Shown: piece after piece, positions 38,504 through 49,500 of the stretch
Position numbering within the stretch: position 1 is the first letter of the stretch
Layout of the letters: every line of letters begins with the position of its first letter
Assembly: GCA_977030845.1 (NCBI GenBank)
Contig: OZ365111.1
Coordinates: 48,980,001 to 49,044,000, forward strand
Direction: 5' to 3'
Length of the DNA stretch: 64,000 bases
DNA from: Fimbriosthenelais zetlandica
Lineage: Eukaryota
Position numbers and translations under genes: made by a program
The notes under the pieces: generated by a model
Told to the model about the DNA's origin: nothing
Databases searched by the model: none
What the model saw: the letters and a program-made list of their open reading frames with translations, nothing else

Positions 38504-41500
38504 TCATGTCCTTGGAGGTGGTGGGGGTACCTCTTCATATTCCCCATACAATTCATTATCAACTAATGACAGCTCATTATCAAGAACCTTATGTGACGTT
38601 TTCCTTGTTTTATCAACCATGGCGTATTCCACGTCAGCGTTGTCCTCCTGCCCTTCACTTCTCATGCTGTCACGCCATGAAGGGATGTGATTGTCTTTAC
38701 TGATGACACTGTGTCTAATGCCGTCATCAATTGTGACAGGATGATCTCCATTGGCTTCACTTGACAATGGATTGTTATAGTAAATGTTAGATGGTTGTTG
38801 ATGATTGTAATATGTTGCAGTGTTTTTGGATGATCCGCTGTTATAGTAAGTATTCTCTTCTGCTTTTGATTTGACTGAAGAAGGTAAGTGATAAGAGTAA
38901 GGTACATCTCTTCTCAGATCAGCATCATTCTCACTCGCAGCATTAGAGTAATGGTCCTCGTCTTCTATCGATCTCCCATATTTCTTGGTTTTGCCCTTAT
39001 CTCTCCGAGATTTCCTTTAAAATAAAATTTAAAAAATCAGAATCTCTCTCCTATGTTGTTTTACATAATATGCTAAATAAATGTCAACTCGAGTGGAAAA
39101 CAAAAAAAGAAGAAGGTTCATCCTATCTATGAAGACTGGTCAGATTACCTTGAGAAATGGATGCAGGCTCCTATGAGGAATATTGCAGCAATGATGAACA
39201 GGCCACCTAGGACACCACCAATGATGTAAAACCGATCTGCAATGATTTATGGCACGTTGGTTTGCGTTATATAAGAACTATGCAATTAACACATAATGGA
39301 CAAGACAGCATCTTCAATCCACGCCCTTCTATTAATACGTAAGTGATCTGGAGCTTGCTTCAAAACAACGATTAAGTCTATGGCATTTTTGTCCGCTGAA
39401 ACAGGCCCCGGAAATCCTATAATAATAAAAAAATCTGGAGAACTGGAATTTTGGTAATATCTCGAGTAAGGAGGTAAGATGTTGAAACATATACTAATCA
39501 GTCTACTAATAACTGACCAATTAAGTAATGTGGGTACTATCCTAAATACCCTACAAATATGTCCCACCATTATTCCCCAAACCAATTATATATCAGCTTA
39601 TAGGCTGTATACCTCACAGGCCTACATCAAGCAGGTCATCTATCTACATTTAGTAGGCCTATCTATAAATTATCTTCTGAATTAGCCGGCTGGGGCCTGT
39701 TTCAGAATGATTACTAGTTAAGTCTAACAAATTACATAGTTTCATTGTGTAAGCTTTGCTCCAAAAGCCCAAATTCATCTCTTTTATGAAAATTAATTTA
39801 ATTTAAAATGTAATTTAAAACAGACTCTGATCGTAGCGATTTTTCCTGAAAATTGGTGCAGTATGGATCGATATACAGGAGGCTAGGGTATACGATTATA
39901 TTTTAATCAAATTGGTCAAAGGATTCCATAAGTAATTACCATTTAAACCAAGCTTAACTTCTGAAGCAGTAGTTGAAGGCGACATCTCAGTGGAGCCTGT
40001 TGATTCAGGAAATGTTGCTGCAGGAATTACAGTGCTGGTAGATGAACCAGAAGGTACTAGTACTGTGGTTGTTGATACAGATGTGGTTGACGACTGTTGA
40101 GTTGTGCGCGGATGACCTGTCATACTTGTCCGTCTTATTGTACTACCAGCAGGCGGTTGTGTAGCAAATGGATTTGTAGTTGTTATAGATAGACCCCTTG
40201 TACTTTGGGATTGTCTCTTCCTACGGGAATGTTTTCTATTGACTGCATTTGACCGAGTACCGAGATTCATTGCGTTCCTTGATTGGCATTCTTTATCCAG
40301 CCAATTTTCAATTATGGGCAGAACAGCAGTTGATGAATAAACTGGAAAAGTAAAATATGCCACAAAACTTTTTGAAGATCATATTTTAATGTCAACCGAA
40401 TTGCTATGATGAATTTCAAGAGGCATTCAGCTAGGCTTCTGTTTTTAGGGCTGCGATGACTTTTGGGGATTGGCATGCATTTTTAGTAGTAATTATATTA
40501 TTAATTATAATTATTGTTAATTAATTATATCTTCTTACTTTCATATCGAATGATAAACTGGAGTTCCCGGCTCACGGGAGGATACATAATGGTGACATTT
40601 TGATGAAACTTCTGAGGAAAACTTGAGATGATTTGATGTTCATCGTCTCTTCCCTCTTTAGAGTTGGCATGGAAAATAAGCATTTGGGTGTAAATGATGC
40701 TGGCTGGTCCCCCATCTATCGTCATTCTACAGGGTCCAGAGGGACAAGGTGCACTTGCCAAGGACTTATTATTACAGGGGAGTATATAACCAGACGTTGG
40801 TTTACTAAAATAAAGATGACTTGTTGGTGTTTCTGTGCTAGGGCAATACCGGAAGAGCTGATGTTCTAAGAGAGAAAGAGATGTATAGCATATTAATAAG
40901 ATAGGTACAAAGAAAGCAATGAACCCTATAACCTACACATAGGATGAGCCGAAAAGATATTTGAATATCATATTATAAAAGAGTATTCAGGTGTGTATGG
41001 ACAACAATACATTCCCTATAGTAGACGAGTCTGATAGCCCAATACATTCCCTATAGTAGACGAGTCCGATAGCCCAATACATTAATTCCCTATAGTAGAC
41101 GTGTCTGATAGCCCAATACTTCCCCTATAATAGACGAGTCTGGTATAACAATAAATTCCCAATACATTCCCTATAATATAGTAGACGAGTCTGATATATC
41201 AATAATTTCTCAGATGGCCGATGAAAGATCTTGGTGCATGTAAGGCAACCAATGTCAAAAAGCATGATGCATGTAATGAATTAAAAAATAGCCATGAGCT
41301 GAAGCTCTGTCATCTTGCTGTCAACACATATGATCTGAGAATTTGAACTCACTTTGAATACATTGATGAACGTTGATGAAGGTCTGCAGGGTGATATTGC
41401 CAGGAATGTTATCTTGGTAGATTATCACCTTGTTCTTGCCAATATAGTCCTGGAGTAAATAAGGACGTGTGCCAGAGCTAGATCTACATATTAAAGGTGC

Positions 41501-42448
41501 CAAAACCCAGGACGGCGGACAAAATACTGTATAAACTCCTCTCTCCAACTCCTGCAAATCTGAAAATAAGATACGTAATGTTAATACATCTACTGAATGT
41601 TGTGTCCATCAGAGATATATATGCCCATAATATTAGTCACATCAAGAAGGGCGTTGTCAAATTGAAGGCCATACATGCAGTAGTTAAACAAAATAATTGC
41701 CATTCATGCATTCTTGTTATTTATCTATATTATAGTTAGACTCTGTATGATTATTAGACGCTGTATGATTAATAGACTGTATGATTAATAGATTCTGTAT
41801 GATTAATAGACTGGCTATAATTAATTAAACTCAAGTGCAAAGGTAGGCTTTGATTGCAGATCTTATTGGCTATTATATGACAGACAAAAATACTTTATCC
41901 CAATCCACAGGCAGAAAGCATGACGGGCCCATTTCAGAAGAAAGATGCCGTATACATTTATTAAAATATACAGACTTATACCACTGATCAATGTAGCGCT
42001 TCTATATTATGAAACAACCCCTATTGGGGAACGTTTATAATCATTCCGAGGACACTGTACTATGCCCTATATTTACCCACTGAAATGTTGAATATTGTTC
42101 TATATATGGGACAATTATAAATGTGGTATTTCAAGGGGGATAAAAAACAAATAGGCAAGTAGGTGTGAAGTGAGGGAGGGTAAATCCCTGTAAAAAAAAA
42201 ACACAGTAAGAAGGAAAGAAAAAGGTGCAAAACAATGAATGGAATGACCACAGGTGTGTATATATTATAGGGGAGGTTTTGTGTGTTATATCCTCCTTGA
42301 AAGAAGATCGAATAAAGGTAAGGTACTTACATACGGATCCGGTGTTGGATCCAGGTAGGAGCATAATCATGACTATGGATACGAATAACGCATAATTATT
42401 GTGAAATGTTCTTATTGTTTTCACAGTATGCACGAGAAGTGTATCCAT
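38504..42448 (-). CDS. Orphan type I receptor, tandem paralog C (more divergent). Exons: 42331-42448, 41353-41559, 40539-40865, 39940-40341, 39149-39236, 38504-39014
   Basis: Hydrophobic leader ALFVSIVMIMLLPG; CPPSWVLAP...QCI; CRMTIDGG...FIIRYE; RRKR plus a long S/T stalk; TM FYIIGGVLGGLFIIAAIFLIGAC; Tyr-rich tail ending VEYAMV...VDNELYGEYEEVPPPPPRT. Confidence 0.83.
41006..41195. repeat. Minisatellite, ~35-bp unit x ~5, intronic
   Basis: AATACATTCCCTATAGTAGACGAGTCTGATAGCCC is repeated head-to-tail with indels. Confidence 0.9.
41738..41822. repeat. Short tandem repeat, ~16-18-bp unit x ~5, intronic
   Basis: (T)AGACTCTGTATGATTA(A)T variants occur in tandem. Confidence 0.8.
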
Positions 42449-43878
42449 GCTGATTCAGTTTTATAGTATGTGTATGGCCCTCATGGTGTCAAAAAGGCTA
42501 GAGGGGTGACGAAGGTAGGTCTACGGTCTGATTGGGAACTGGGTCAGCACAACCGACCGTAACAAAAGAAACAAAAAGACGGAATTGACACAGAATTAAA
42601 GACGAATCGTGACCTGACTGAGTTAAAAATAAACTGAATATCTCCGTCTGTAAGATCATGAGAAATATGCCATTAGACACAATTACAACCATACTTAATC
42701 ACTAATTAATCTTTAATTGATATCTTAATCAATTTATCCGAGAGAAATTGAGGAAAATTATAGGTACTATCTGACAAAAGGAATGTATATACTTCTAATC
42801 AACACCTTTGGGACTTTTGATATTCATGCCTCAACATAACGTTAGCAATGCACTAGTACTAAAGTACGTATTGGGGCGTCTATGGATAATATTCGTTTTG
42901 AAACTGGCTCCAGACCAACGTGGCACCTGGTGACTTGAACCTGAGAAGGGGGTGGATTTTATTCACATGTACACATACTACTATAACTGCCATGATTGTG
43001 GTGTCTTGTTGATGGTTTATTGTCAGCAATGAAATGCACCACTCCAATATGCTAATTATGCCCGTTTTTAAAATCAAGACGGTCATTGAACCTTACAAGC
43101 AATGATACACATTGTGGCCTTTGACACTAATGAAGTATTCATTAATAGCTTACATTACTGCCCTGTCGTACTAACACTATGTACATGTTTAATGACTCTA
43201 CTCTGCCTTATTAATGATTTCTGACTCATCACTAGGCATCACTAGGCATCACTAGGAGGTAATTATCAATAATGATTTTCCCCCTTTTGTTTATTAAAGA
43301 AAAAAATGTCTAAACCAACACAAAACCAAAAATTTATTAAACATTTATCGCTTCTATAGTTTAAAGATGCATCTTTAATAAATTTTGCTGCTTAACAATT
43401 ATGTAAATCTGTTACGCATGTTAAGCATCATCCTTGACTATAAATCATACATGTACATGACGTCATATCAGAAACATCCACTATCCAACATCAACCTTTT
43501 TTTCTAACTTTTGTCTGTATCTATATCGACTGCCCAACTTTTTCTGTCTATCGGTCGTCTCAGCATACCTTCTCAACCTATCAATTAAGCGCTCCCCCCG
43601 CATCCACCCCCCACCCCCATTATAGTCTTCTTGGGTAATTATTTTTTTCATAATTATGCCCCAATTGAAAACAATGACTTCCATTTGGAGGAAGTATCAA
43701 AACTTTCATGTTACGATATGCGAACTTCAGCCACCGATAAAGTTCATTGTTAACAAGCATCACCGTTGTTGCAACAATTGCAAAAGGGTGGTAGTGTCGC
43801 AAGCAAAATCTCAGCAGCGGAGCCCCTGCTTTTTGAAGTCCAACTTATGTCAAACCCGCCAACAAACAAATTAAAAGT

Positions 43879-44080
43879 ATAAAGCCCGATCTTTGAGGGC
43901 AACGATCAAAATAAAATCGTTACTGATCATTTCTCTATTGATTTACCATTGAAAAATAGGCGCCGATCCCAAGGTTTTGGCATCCACCAGCCCGATCATC
44001 GGAATGGATGGTTTTTTGGGTCCCGATCGCTGGTGATCGCTTAAGATCGCAAAATCGGGCTGGTGGATGTCGGACTTTAT
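43879..44080. repeat. MITE-like element with ATAAAG(C/T)CCGA termini
   Basis: ATAAAGCCCGA on the left matches TCGGACTTTAT on the right. An internal perfect inverted repeat is CATCCACCAGCCCGAT (43981) / ATCGGGCTGGTGGATG (44054). Confidence 0.65.
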
Positions 44081-46582
44081 TCAGGCAAGGTAGGCATGGA
44101 GAACAAACTCTGACAAGGAGTTAAAGTTGTAAACTTTTTTTGTTTTACTCCAGAGTGGGTGGGTGTGCTGGGGGTGGTGGCCTAGCTTCTAACCCACCAC
44201 CCACTAGCAACAGGCTTGAAGTCGACAGAGATAAGTTTACATGGATACTATCTCGTATCATAACTTTGAGAATAAATTATATATAAACGTCCCATATAAT
44301 AAACCCACCTCAATATACAGGCCATCATTCCCATGCAGTGCGCATGACCTGCTCGCTAGACTCTTCCATTCATGAAAGACGATTCAAATGTATTAACTGT
44401 AAATATTATCTGCACATTGAAGAAATCTGAATAGAGAAGATTTTCTCATTTTTAAAAATCCATTTATACTAAGATTTAACCACGAAATACAGGTAGGTTT
44501 CATATATTTTATTATAAATAATGTAATATATGATTAAAATTATATTACTTTACTTCCTTTTTATCTGCCTCTTTATTCGCTCTTCTTTCAAAAAGTATAT
44601 AAAACCTCCCCCATATTATATACGCGTACGCGACTCCCATCTCATCTCTTTGCTTCGTTATAAAAGGAACTTAAAGATTAATATAATGATTTATATATAT
44701 TTTTCACGATTGTTAGTTTTGTACAGCAAATTAATAAAGACCCGACACAAGCTTTTTTCGTTTTCACACACGCATTTCGCCCTCGTTAGCTTTCTCCCTC
44801 ACCACTCTCTTTATCTTTAATCTTGCACTAGATACAGCCTTATAGGCAGAATATCATGAACGGTAGAAATCTTGTAACTGCCCCGTGAGCCTAAACTAGT
44901 TTTTTTGTGTTGTGCTGTATAAGCATCTTTAATTTTAAAGAAAGAAGAAAAAAAAGAAGCTATATTTCTACCCCTCCTTGCACATCCTATATGCTCTTCC
45001 TGATTCACCTCTATCCCTTCATACTGTCCAAGCTCCTCCCCTTCCTGCTTTTGCTCTTCCTCATATATCTGGTCCTATTATTTCCCATCCTCTCCTCCTT
45101 TCCTTTTCTCATCTATACTCGTTTAGTTCTTCTTCATTTTTGACTATTGACTGTTTGAGTTTTGACGGCCTTCAATCGTCGTCTTTGCCTGATGCCATCA
45201 ATTTTTCAACATCAAACAGTTCAAAGAGTCCATAAAGTGTGGTTTTTATTTGGGACTCCAACTGTTTGTTAGACTGTGACATGTCCTTTGAATTGTCTCT
45301 GACGCCGAATATATTTTACAGTGTTTTATGTGAAAAGAAACTCATTTATATTTAAAGGGATCTATATAAAAGCTAGGGTAATATAATTGATTTTCAATTA
45401 TTAATTCATGAATTGCTTTCTTAACACTAATAACACTCTGCATGTGATAATGTTTTGTAAAAGAAAAACTGTTGAAAAAAAGACTATGGGGATTTGAAAG
45501 TGGGGAAGAAGAGTTTGGATTTGTTTCGAGTTGACATGACAACAGGTGCTAAGAAGCAGAGGTGCTAAACAGTCCATAAAAACACTATAGATCTAGACTA
45601 AAATCAATTTCACATCACTGCCTTTATCGAAGTCTGGCAATTTGAAATTTTTCTCTGGCACTTTCTTAGAACGAAGTCTTTCCTCCTTCCTTGAAGGCGC
45701 CTACATACATATCCCCATCAGTCAGGCTTAAAATTAGATTAAAATTATACTTTTGCTGGCCAAGGTGACAAGGTAAGTGAAAATACTGGCTTATGATGTA
45801 GGTGAGCTGTGGTTAAACATTAATACAATAAGAGTATTAAATGTTCTAACATTATACTAACACTTGCGACGAAAGTGTGCATTAAGTTAGAAACTATAGG
45901 AGCCATGCATGGAAATATCGCAGAGGTTTAATGCTCCGAACCATTTTTGTGAAACATTTGCAAGGAATAGAAATAAAAAACCCTGGAAATCATAGAACAG
46001 AACTTCCTATTGGTCTATACTGGATTGTTTGATTGAATGGGGTTTAACGTCACTTTTGAACAATTTTTCAGTTATATCATGACGGGTCTATACTGGAAGT
46101 GCAAGGATATCTATATTACTTCCTGGTGTTTCAAAATAATACAGGATTGTTTATAACCGGGCAAGCCTTTAAATGGAATAGTGGTCAACACTGCCTCTTC
46201 CATATGCAACAAATACGGTACATTATGTAGTATCCAAATGAGGAGGAAGAATTATTAATGAAAGGCGATCATTAAGGAAAGGGAAGAATCCATTACAAAG
46301 TCAATAGTTGAGCTTATCAGTTAGAATAAGATACAACCCTGAATGACCTATGTGCCTAATGGAACTCAATCATCCATGTCGCCATGTAATTCCATGAAAC
46401 GAACGAACAGCCACTCGATCAGTCCGGAGTAAGCCTGAGGTTGAGGTAACAGGAAAAGGCATAATGACCTGGCATAATAATGTGTCCATGCACTTTTGTT
46501 CGGAGGGCCTCCACCCAATTATACCCACCCTTGGGGAAATTGATTTGACGTGAAGAAGTTTTTTCTGTTTTTTCACCACAGT

Positions 46583-49500
46583 ATGGGTAATGGAGCATCC
46601 TACATCACGCCGCCAACCAAAGGTGGAAAACCTCTCAAAATAACAGTGAAAGTGGCTGAATCAACCAGTGACTACAGCGGCAATTCAAGCCAGGGTATAT
46701 GGCCACCAAACAAAATGTCACCGGAGAATGACACCAATCGATCCTTGGTAGGCTATTTTTTCATATTATATCATATATCATATCATATTACATTTTAATA
46801 TAACTAATCTTTATGGTTACCAACTATCAATACCAATCTGAAAATAGGTACATGGAGATTTTACATCGATATGGATAATACATCACTGTCCTTCTAACAA
46901 CGTGATTGGGATTTAAATTATGCATTGGTTTAACTGCATAAACACGACTGCGAACGTGAGCAACCAATAGACCAGATCAAGTCATTCGAATTAAGAATTC
47001 ATTCAATATGATTTCATTAAACTCGACATAACAACATAAAAATAAAAAGTGATTTCTGGTTATGGCAACTTCACAGTATTAAATGTAATCCTCTCTTCTT
47101 TTATCAAGGTTATTTAAATTAAAATCTAATAGCATTAATGATGATCTGCATACAAGGGTTGACCCCTCGCCCGACCCATCTGCTCTCACAGATCAACGTC
47201 TCGTTGAGTTCCATATAATTATCTATTTTGACAAACATGATTGTAAAGCTCATGGTCACGTTCACAATGACTCTTTGTAGAAGGATCAGAGCATAACACA
47301 ATAAACTTTGGTGTAGGTGTAAACCGACCTTGAACGTCAATTGATCTTAAATTATGAAATGTATTATTAATAGGACACAGTGTTTCTTTGAATGATTAAT
47401 ACAGCTAACGATAATTTTAAGGAAAACAATTATAAGATATCAGTAACAGTATGGAAATTGGAATGTATATGGACACAAACAATTTAGTATCTCAAAAAAA
47501 GTAAACTAGAGTTGGCTTTGGTAAACATATCGCAAGAACAGCCCAAGGAGCATATTTCAAAACGAATATTAGAATTGCTACCATATTCCTTTTGAAACAG
47601 GCCCATATATTGATCCGTTTAATGACAAAGGCCTAATGCCTGGAGCCCATTTCAAAACAAATATTAGCCATGATAGATTTAGCATTGCTAATTTTTCTTT
47701 TGAATTAGGCCCCAGAACTTGAAGACAATAATAAAAATGTGTATCTTTTGTTGTAAAGTAACAATAAACATTTCAACATATATATAGTTTAAATATTGTC
47801 TACAGAAAGAGGATATGAACAAGAGCATCTATGGGTCACTGGTGGACGATTCTGAAGATGATATCATTGCATCAGTAAGGAAGAATATTATTGGCCGTGA
47901 AGCTACCTTCAATGGTCCATTCGGCAGTAGATACAGTGAGTCAATCATTAAAAGATTAGCTTTAAGATTATGTATTGGGCCTAATGTGATCTGTATTACT
48001 ATATTTGAGCTATTTATCAGCCATAAGTTATCATTGCAGAAGTTTATAATGAGTTTTATTCGCAATTAGAATGAATTATTGAAGAATTTTAAGAAATGAT
48101 CCCTTGCTCAGAAGTTGTTTTGTTTTTTACAGTTGTCTATTGCGATTTTGTGGCATCAGGAAAGTAAGTTTTTTTAAAGTTTGTAGACCTTTTAAGTTAC
48201 TTTTTAGAGTAATCTAAAGTAAAGTATTTAAGATATATCTTAGGAGGTCTACTGTTGTTTTGCCTGACCTAAGGGTTGTACCAACTAGCTCTTGGTACCT
48301 TTGTGGAACCATGACTGACCAATTCATTGGAATTTGGTGATTCTTGGTGATTCAGGGCAATACGTTATATAGAAGATTTCATCGGCAGGGAAGTGCTGCC
48401 TTATTATGGTAATACACACACAACCACCTCCTATTCTGCCATCCATACAGCAAGTCTCCGAGAAGAGGCAAGGTAAGACGCCAAAATATCTCATATTTCC
48501 AAAGGTGTACGTACTCTAAACTATGAAATGTATCATAAGCAAGCAGTAGGCAGCTTGGAAATGACAAGACTATTTGTCAAGTCATTCAAACAATGGAGGA
48601 CTCAGTATATTTCCCTGTGGTACTCCAAATAGTTTCTGGGCGACCTCATTAAGTTAAACTTCGGATTAATAACACTACCGACAAATAGTCTATAGCTGAG
48701 AACTAAGCTGGTATACACTACCTTTCCTAATATCGTACTGGTAGTTGTTTATGGGCTCTTAAATATATACAAGTACCTCGATATTCAGTCTAGCCTATGT
48801 GTACGACTTGCATGACTTGCACAAATTGGGAGTAATCAAAGTTAATTTGATTGAATTGATATATTTAGATCGATTATCCTACACTCTGTAAATGGTGGTG
48901 ACCAAGACGTGGTCATTTTCACGGGCTCTGGAACTACAGCAGCCATTCACAAACTGATTACTGTGCTCAACATAAAAAACACAAAAACAGTAAGTGAAGC
49001 TTCTCCTCTTAGTCCCTTTTGAGCATCTAAAAGGTTCCTGTTTTCAAAGATTAATAAGACAATGAAAAATAGTGTTAAAACTATTTCAATACCGTATACG
49101 GCTTGCAAGTAATTGCCTCTGTGTTGATTCCCCAGGCTGTATTCATTACACCCTTTGAACATCATTCAAATATACTACCTTGGCGAACCTTAGGAGTAGA
49201 GGTGAGTTAAATTGTAATTATAAGCAGAAAGTTATTTTTTTCCCAGGATAAGGTAGTTCTCCCTTCGTCATTGGACCGGTATTTTCTTTATCCTGAAATC
49301 CCATACAGTGGTAGAGCGAGTTTATAAGTTTTTAGCATTAAATAATAAATCATATTTTTCATATCAATGTTTGTGACGATTTATCGTTGTGATGTAGGTG
49401 GTTAGAATCGGTGAGACACTTGAAGGAGAGGTGGATGTCGCCGATCTCACCTTCCAACTCAAGGTCAGTTACCAAAACAAAGTCAACAATTTAGTCGAAA

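Noticed and set aside
41006-41195. 35-bp repeats as a CRISPR-like array
   Set aside because: The units are directly adjacent with no unique spacers, and they lie in a eukaryotic intron, so this is a minisatellite.
44530-45235. Hydrophobic Leu/Phe-rich plus-strand ORFs
   Set aside because: They come from low-complexity pyrimidine-rich sequence and have no splice or motif support.
45670-45730. LTDGDMYVGAFKEG resembling a MORN repeat (minus strand)
   Set aside because: It is a single short match ending in a stop, with no additional MORN repeats or compatible exons.
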